From the NCBI GenBank assembly GCA_951812855.1, contig OX638337.1, positions 1,230,001 through 1,262,000 of the forward strand: 32,000 nucleotides of DNA. Reading direction: 5' to 3'. A model generated the notes under the pieces. It had not been told where the DNA came from. It searched no databases and saw nothing but the letters and a program-made list of their open reading frames with translations. Shown piece by piece: positions 26,512-32,000 of the stretch (the stretch's first letter is position 1; each line of letters begins with the position of its first letter). Source of the stretch: an uncultured Lentisphaeria bacterium (lineage in GTDB: Bacteria > Verrucomicrobiota > Lentisphaeria > JABSQK01 > JAJFLO01). The position numbers were made by a program, and so were the translations under genes.

Positions 26512-27444
26512 ATGATAATATTTAAACCGGGCTGTGGTTTGGGAAATCAGATGTTTCTCTACGCGATTGCCAGAGTTTTATCCATAAAACATAAGACTGA
26601 ATTATTTATAGATAAATCATATTATACCGGATCCTGCCAGGCCAGTCTTCCCAAAGATGTTCAAAGAGATTTTGAACTGGATATTTTCAATATTGACACG
26701 AAAGAAATAACCAGCTATGAAAACAAAATATTAAAAAGGGTCAGAAGTCGGAAATTTTATAAAAGAATGAGGGCGATTCTACCTTGTGTAATTTTTAATT
26801 CAGTCGGCATAAAAAGGCACATAATTCATTTTGTTGAAAAAGAACCGCAATTCGACAAGTCAGTTCTACAGCTGCCTGATAATTTATTATTAGAAGGCTA
26901 TTTTGTAAGTCATAAATACTTCAAAGGTTTTCATGATGTGATTGTAAAGGACTTTTCATTCAAGAATTCTCCTGATTACCATAACCAAAAATTAATAAAA
27001 AAAATTTCGTCGGTCGAATCAGTCAGCATTCATATCAGGCGTGGTGATTACATAACAAATAAAGTTGTCACTGAGCGATTTGGACCATGTTCTATTAACT
27101 ATTATAAATCCGCAGCAACTTATATTGCGAGTAAGATCGCAACTCCCCGCTTTTTCGTTTTTTCCGACGATCCAGAATGGACTCGGAATCATTTCAAATT
27201 AGATTATCCGGTAGACTGTGTCACCTATAATACAGACGTTAGGAACTATGAGGATCTCAGGCTCATGAGCTCTTGTCGTCACAATATCATTGCCAACAGC
27301 AGTTTCAGCTGGTGGGGAGCCTGGCTGAACCAAAATCCAGAGAAGATCGTCATTTGTCCCGTCCCGTCATTTGACAAGATAAATATCAGGGATGACGATT
27401 TTTATCCTGAGAGCTGGATTAAGTTACCTAAACAGACACAGTAA
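26512..27444 (+). CDS. alpha-1,2-fucosyltransferase (GT11 family)
   Basis: GT11 motifs are present: GLGNQMFLYA, HIRRGDY and NSSFSWWGAWLN. The ORF opens at TTG 26482, but ATG 26512 gives the canonical MIIFKPGCGLGNQMF N-terminus. Confidence 0.85.
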   Translation: MIIFKPGCGLGNQMFLYAIARVLSIKHKTELFIDKSYYTGSCQASLPKDVQRDFELDIFNIDTKEITSYENKILKRVRSRKFYKRMRAILPCVIFNSVGIKRHIIHFVEKEPQFDKSVLQLPDNLLLEGYFVSHKYFKGFHDVIVKDFSFKNSPDYHNQKLIKKISSVESVSIHIRRGDYITNKVVTERFGPCSINYYKSAATYIASKIATPRFFVFSDDPEWTRNHFKLDYPVDCVTYNTDVRNYEDLRLMSSCRHNIIANSSFSWWGAWLNQNPEKIVICPVPSFDKINIRDDDFYPESWIKLPKQTQ

Positions 27445-27604
27445 CCAGTTTCAAAACAGCGGATGTTTGTATCGCTTGACAAAATTCATGAATTGACACC
27501 TCTTCACCAAACTGTTCTTCGGTAAGGAATCCATTTGCAACGGGCATTTTTCCAAATGAGATAAAAGGTTCGAACCTGCTTTTACAGATAAGACATTTTG
27601 GCAT
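27428..27604 (-). pseudogene. N-terminal remnant of a Zn-ribbon SAM-dependent (C-)methyltransferase
   Basis: MPKCLICKSRFEPFISFGKMPVANGFLTEEQF matches the N-terminal putative-zinc-binding domain of sugar C-methyltransferases (CxxC ... LG..P.aN.fl). Similarity decays after ~45 aa. The frame stops at 62 codons, inside the 3' end of the fucosyltransferase gene. Confidence 0.5.
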
Positions 27605-27629
27605 CAAAAACTCCAAGTTAGTAATTAAC

Positions 27630-27642
27630 CTGCATAATGCAG
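27630..27642. repeat. 13-bp palindrome CTGCAT-A-ATGCAG
   Basis: Read directly from the sequence. It lies ~26 nt upstream of the methyltransferase remnant's ATG. It may be an operator relic, but its function is unknown. Confidence 0.3.
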
Positions 27643-27938
27643 ATCAGCTATCCAGCCTACTTTTTGTGATGATATTTTTTCGAAATTTATGTTAAAAATA
27701 GAACCGCCGGCGATGATGTTTGATTAAATAAAGTATCATCTTTCAAAAAGCAATACCTAACTAAATTCGGCAGTTCTAAATCTACAACCCAAAAAATGAA
27801 AGACAAATATCGAAAAATCTACTGCGGGCAGTATAGTATTATGCTTTCAACAACACTTGACTAAAAAGTCGGTTTTTTGATTTTGAATACATTAAGGCAT
27901 ACATCCTAAACTGCTGTGGGGAATGAGGAATCACGAAT

Positions 27939-28676
27939 ATGAGAAATATTTCTAATATAGTAAAGAAATCAATACAAGGATATCGGCGATATTATTCAGA
28001 TAAACAAAAGCTAATTCGGCTAGCTCGCAAATTATTTCCACGCTATGAAATTGACATGATTTTCGATATAGGAGCAAATGCGGGTATGTCCGGCCAATTT
28101 TTTAGAGATATTGGATATAATAATCATATTATTTCTTTTGAGCCTTTAAAGCATTTATACGACCAGCTGGTTATCAACTCTGCTAAAGATAAATTATGGC
28201 ATACTAAAAACATAGCACTTGGAGATGAACCAGGTCAATCTGAGATAAATGTATCTGGTGATCATGGAGGAGCAAGTTCAATATTAAAAATGACTGATAA
28301 TGTGATAAAACATGCTCCGCTTCAACGAGTAATCAGGAAGGAAAAAATTATAGTAGAAACATTGGATTCTGTTATTGACCAATTATACCCTAAGGGAGAT
28401 CGCCTATTTCTTAAAATAGATACTCAGGGGTATGAAAAAAAAGTATTAGAAGGTGCATCTAATTCTCTTAATCGTATTATTGGACTCAAACTTGAAATGT
28501 CGTTGGTACCGAATTACGAAGGTGAAACCTTGATGATGGATTTAATACCCTGGATTTATGATCTTGGCTTTAGATTAGTATACTTGGAAAATGGTTGGAA
28601 CAACCGAAATACTGGAGAACTATTTCAGGCTGATGGCCTTTTTTTCCGAACAGACAGATTATCTGAAAAACATTAA
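27939..28676 (+). CDS. FkbM-family SAM-dependent methyltransferase
   Basis: 245-aa ORF with IFDIGANAGMSGQFF (SAM-binding) and LKIDTQGYEKKVLEGA, both characteristic of the FkbM family. Confidence 0.8.
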   Translation: MRNISNIVKKSIQGYRRYYSDKQKLIRLARKLFPRYEIDMIFDIGANAGMSGQFFRDIGYNNHIISFEPLKHLYDQLVINSAKDKLWHTKNIALGDEPGQSEINVSGDHGGASSILKMTDNVIKHAPLQRVIRKEKIIVETLDSVIDQLYPKGDRLFLKIDTQGYEKKVLEGASNSLNRIIGLKLEMSLVPNYEGETLMMDLIPWIYDLGFRLVYLENGWNNRNTGELFQADGLFFRTDRLSEKH

Positions 28677-28687
28677 TTTCGAGAGTT

Positions 28688-30535
28688 TTAGTTAATATCG
28701 TGAAGTTTACAGTATTTACCGTTGCCTTTTAATAATTCTTCATGAGTTCCACTCTCAATAATTTCACCTTTCTCCATAACATAGATACAGGCTGCATTTC
28801 TGACAGTACTGAGTCGATGAGCAATCGCAAATACTGTTCTATTGCCCATAAGCCGGTCAAGTGCTTCTTGAATTAATTGTTCAGTTGCTGTATCCAAAGC
28901 ACTCGTTGCTTCATCAAGAATCAAAATATCCGGATCCCGCATAATTGCCCGGGCTATTGCAATTCGCTGACGCTCACCGCCACTAAGCTTAAACCCTTTA
29001 TCTCCGACAACCCTCTGATATCCTTCCGGTTCAGCGATAATAAAATTATGGGCATTTGCGAGTCTTGCAGCATGTTCTATTTCCTCCGGACCGGCAAATT
29101 CGGATCCATATGAAATATTGTATGCAATAGTGTCATTAAACAAAACAGTCTCCTGCGTAACGATTCCGGTTTTAAATCTGAGTGATGCAATGTCAATATC
29201 CCTTAAATCAATATCATCGATCTTTACTGATCCAGAATCCGGGTCATAAAAACGCACCAGCAAATTTGCCATAGTCGTTTTTCCTGAACCCGTATCGCCA
29301 ACGAACGCAACGAGGTCTCCTTTTTTGATCGTTAATGAAACATCGTCAACCTTAAACGGACTGCTGTCTGCGTATGTAAATGAAATATGGTCAAATTCAA
29401 TTTTATCATTAAATTCGGTCAGCTTAATTGGATTCGGTGATTTTGCCAGTGTATCATTCAGCTCAAGCATTTCGAATATTCGGTCGGATGCTGCAATACT
29501 CTGCTGAATACGATTATTTATTTTTGCCAATCGCTTGATTGGGCCATAGGCAAATAATCCGGCACCGACCATCGGCAATATTTGACTTAAAGCGATATTA
29601 CTTGCGAAACAAAAGACAAGAAATAAACAAATAAACAACACACCCACCAGCTCCATCATCGGGGTCATTAGAAGTTCAGCTCGCAATGCCTTCAGGATTT
29701 GTCGAAAAAAACGCTGTGATATCAGATTAAAACGGGCAATTTCCTTTTCTTCCATGTTAAAGGCTTTAACAACACGGATCCCAGTAAGATTTTCGAGCAT
29801 ACAACTCGATAATTCTGAGACTCGGCACAGCGAATTCTGGGTGTATTTCTTTATCTTTTTCCCAAAAATAATAATTGGGACGAAACAAAAAGGAACAACC
29901 ACAAACATTATCGCAGCCAAACCCAGCAGTTCTTTTTCTATTGCAAAGTAAATAACAAAAAGTAAGGATGCGAACACTTCAACAGGAGCACGACTCAAAT
30001 CTGCAATGCTGGCAGAAATCGCATCCTCAACCGTACCTGTATCGGTAAAACATCGGCTTATAAGATTCCCCGTGTCAGAGGCACCATAAAAACGGAGGGA
30101 CTGTCTTTGAAGATTAGCAAAGATTGCATTTCGCAGATCGACAACAACTCTTGCTCCAACCCAGCGCATGCAATATCTGTTTACATAGGTGAATACGGTT
30201 TTTAAGAAAATAAAGACGGGCAGTCCGATCATACCCAGCAGCATGAATTGCCAGGTAATGCTCCCGTCAGCCTTTTCTAACTGAATATCAAACCTCTTTG
30301 CAATTCTTTTGATTCTGGCCAGCCCGCTGTCATCTTTTTTAACTTTCTTAATTTTCTCTATTTTTTTTACTTCAAACGACCGAATTAAATTGGGCATATT
30401 ATACAACACACCAAACAAAGACCCTCCTGACATGAATCCGGCAAGAACCCCGATTATCAATCGGGTCCTGTAGGGTTTGGTAAACCGGAGAAGCTTAAAA
30501 TAAGTCTGAAATGAATTTATGAATTCAGCAAACAT
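28688..30535 (-). CDS. ABC exporter, fused TMD-NBD half-transporter, MsbA/PglK-like
   Basis: 615-aa ORF with a six-TM type-IV exporter domain followed by an NBD (Walker A GDTGSGKT, signature LSGGERQRIAIARA, Walker B ILILDEATSALD). A ~30-aa Lys-rich insertion sits between TM1 and TM2. Confidence 0.88.
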   Translation of the reverse strand: MFAEFINSFQTYFKLLRFTKPYRTRLIIGVLAGFMSGGSLFGVLYNMPNLIRSFEVKKIEKIKKVKKDDSGLARIKRIAKRFDIQLEKADGSITWQFMLLGMIGLPVFIFLKTVFTYVNRYCMRWVGARVVVDLRNAIFANLQRQSLRFYGASDTGNLISRCFTDTGTVEDAISASIADLSRAPVEVFASLLFVIYFAIEKELLGLAAIMFVVVPFCFVPIIIFGKKIKKYTQNSLCRVSELSSCMLENLTGIRVVKAFNMEEKEIARFNLISQRFFRQILKALRAELLMTPMMELVGVLFICLFLVFCFASNIALSQILPMVGAGLFAYGPIKRLAKINNRIQQSIAASDRIFEMLELNDTLAKSPNPIKLTEFNDKIEFDHISFTYADSSPFKVDDVSLTIKKGDLVAFVGDTGSGKTTMANLLVRFYDPDSGSVKIDDIDLRDIDIASLRFKTGIVTQETVLFNDTIAYNISYGSEFAGPEEIEHAARLANAHNFIIAEPEGYQRVVGDKGFKLSGGERQRIAIARAIMRDPDILILDEATSALDTATEQLIQEALDRLMGNRTVFAIAHRLSTVRNAACIYVMEKGEIIESGTHEELLKGNGKYCKLHDIN

Positions 30536-30664
30536 AGATTGACTTGTTAGAGTTGATAAAATATGAGAGAGTTAATCAATGCCTGCAGGGATTATAATTA
30601 TCAAAATCCAATAATCAAACAATTGACTTTAATCTTTACGGATCTGAAACGCTCTCAATTATTG

Positions 30665-31624
30665 TTAGTTTTCATATAGATAACATTGAACTCTTCGACT
30701 GCCTGCAGTCTGCATTTCCGGTACTGAAACTTTACACTTATCCATAACGTCTGGACAGCGCGTATGAAATGGACACCCTGTCGGAGCATCTAAAAGCGAG
30801 GGAATTTCACCGGAAAGGACAAATCGTTTCTTCTTTTCTGAAAACGGGATCGGTACTGACTTAATCAGTGCCCTGGTATAAGGATGCAAAGGATCATCCA
30901 TAACCTCCTGAACATTACCTTCTTCTACAATTACCCCCAAATACATTACAGCTACCCGATTGGATATATGACGAACAACGGTTAAATCATGAGATATAAA
31001 TAAATACGATAAATCATACTTGTCTCTTAAATCCATCAGTAAATTTATCACCTGTGCCTGAACGGAAACATCCAGGGCACTTACTGCCTCATCACACACG
31101 ATGAAATCGGGTTTCAATGATATTGACCTGGCAACACAAATTCGTTGCCGTTGTCCTCCTGAAAATTCATGGGGATATCGATAAATTGCATTTTCATCCA
31201 ACCCAACTTCGGTCATCAATCGAACTGCCTCTTGGGTTTTATTTTTTTTATTAATCAGTTTATGATGAAGCATTCCCTCTGTTAGAATATCCAATATTGT
31301 CATCCTTGGATTCAACGATGAAAACGGATCCTGAAAAATCATTTGCATCCGTTTACGAATCTCTTTCCTTCGCTCTCCACTCAACTTCTGTATATCGTCA
31401 CCTTCAAATTTTATGGTGCCGGCTTGTTTTTCTTCCAATTGCATTAAAGTCCGGCCGAGTGTGGTTTTGCCACACCCTGATTCCCCGACCAACCCTAACG
31501 TTTCTCCTTTTCCTATACTCAACGAAACTCCGTTAACAGCTTTTATATACCCGACTGTCCTTGATAAAATCCCTTTGCGTACAGGAAACCACGTTCTTAA
31601 ATTGTCGATTTTAATTAATGGCAT
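30665..31624 (-). CDS. peptide ABC transporter ATP-binding protein, OppF/DppF-like (solitary)
   Basis: 319-aa ORF with Walker A GESGCGKT, signature FSGGQRQR and Walker B FIVCDEAVSALD. The C-terminal motif is GCPFHTRCPDVMDKC...VQC. Confidence 0.9.
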   Translation of the reverse strand: MPLIKIDNLRTWFPVRKGILSRTVGYIKAVNGVSLSIGKGETLGLVGESGCGKTTLGRTLMQLEEKQAGTIKFEGDDIQKLSGERRKEIRKRMQMIFQDPFSSLNPRMTILDILTEGMLHHKLINKKNKTQEAVRLMTEVGLDENAIYRYPHEFSGGQRQRICVARSISLKPDFIVCDEAVSALDVSVQAQVINLLMDLRDKYDLSYLFISHDLTVVRHISNRVAVMYLGVIVEEGNVQEVMDDPLHPYTRALIKSVPIPFSEKKKRFVLSGEIPSLLDAPTGCPFHTRCPDVMDKCKVSVPEMQTAGSRRVQCYLYEN

Positions 31625-32000
31625 GGTGACAGTATAAATCCAACTCCGTTACTCTGCGTCTTTGTGAGAAAAATTAATTCATACTTATAGATGGCATAAA
31701 ATAACCCAGTGTTTTCATAAGACATTTTTTATTTAACCGGGTATTACATAAAAACCATCTGCCGGCTGTCCACAGTCATTTCTAATATATGCAGTCTTTT
31801 TACTTGAAGATTCAATAATCTCGTGAGTGATACTGACTTTTGCGGTCACGTCTGCTGACTATAGCACACCTCTTGAAATTAGAGGCCAAAATGGAATGTG
31901 ATATTTAGTGAACGCATCTGGAAACCGGCCAGAAACGATTTGTGGTTGGCACTGTTAAAACGGTTAAAAAATATTGCAGAAGGAATACCGAACCCGATGC

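Noticed and set aside
26997-27004. Homopolymer tracts as possible phase-variation switches: A8 in the fucosyltransferase gene (26997-27004), T8 in the acetyltransferase gene (22770-22777) and T8 in the kinase gene (20565-20572).
   Set aside because: Runs of 7-8 A or T also occur in housekeeping genes here (e.g. proS ~16251, Mur ligase ~12177). They are expected in AT-rich DNA and are too short to argue for slipped-strand regulation.
27567-27576. GGTTCGAACC inside the methyltransferase remnant is identical to the T-arm core of the tRNA-Lys gene. I considered it as a possible att-site duplicate.
   Set aside because: It is only a 10-bp self-complementary match. It lies inside a coding remnant (RFEPF), with no integrase or flanking repeat structure.
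31947-31952. A TGGCAC hexamer near the right edge, considered as a second sigma-54 promoter.
   Set aside because: There is no GC dinucleotide at the required +10 spacing (the sequence reads TGGCACTGTTAAAAC). It also points away from the nearest gene.
1-32000. I searched by eye for CRISPR-like spaced repeats, IS or transposase genes, integrases, toxin-antitoxin pairs, and restriction or other defence genes.
   Set aside because: None was found. The only repeats are short: the 11-bp tandem at 20249-20276 and a few 7-8-bp inverted repeats. Every large ORF has a plausible housekeeping, transport, signalling or glycan-biosynthesis assignment.

Overview
This 32-kb window looks like ordinary chromosome from a low-GC bacterium (roughly 40% GC by eye, not computed). 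An MsbA-like exporter, sigma-54 and Opp-type importers suggest a diderm. I cannot assign a taxon from sequence alone. I support 24 protein-coding genes, one tRNA-Lys(CUU) and one gene remnant. There is no rRNA, CRISPR array, transposase, integrase or recognisable defence system.

Layout:
- 27-7338: housekeeping genes (short alaS, thioredoxin-fold protein, PhnP-like MBL hydrolase, hisC-tyrS, thiL).
- 7630-12368: oppC-like permease, a fused double-NBD ATPase and a MurC/Mpl-family ligase, apparently one operon.
- 12404-17203: SpoU methyltransferase, rpoN, YycJ-like MBL hydrolase, proS.
- 17488-17560: tRNA-Lys.
- 17646-20225: oppA-oppB.
- 20331-22376: an orphan membrane sensor histidine kinase.
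- 22608-28676: a surface-glycan locus with acetyltransferase, DegT aminotransferase, GT2, GT-D/DUF1792, GT11 fucosyltransferase, a methyltransferase remnant and an FkbM methyltransferase.
- 28688-31624 (minus strand): an MsbA-like ABC exporter preceded by a solitary OppF-like ATPase.

Most of the window is unremarkable. The leads worth a second look are:
1. The tight coupling of a peptide importer to a divergent Mur ligase, which may be a murein-peptide salvage module.
2. A ~175-aa extracytoplasmic insertion in the OppC-like permease.
3. The glycan locus, which has no flippase of its own and sits next to an MsbA/PglK-like exporter carrying a lysine-rich loop insertion.
4. A recombination scar inside that locus.
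5. A minimal 589-aa AlaRS.
6. A histidine kinase with a polytopic membrane module and an insertion in its ATP-binding domain.

All functional calls rest on motifs I recognise by eye. No database search was run.
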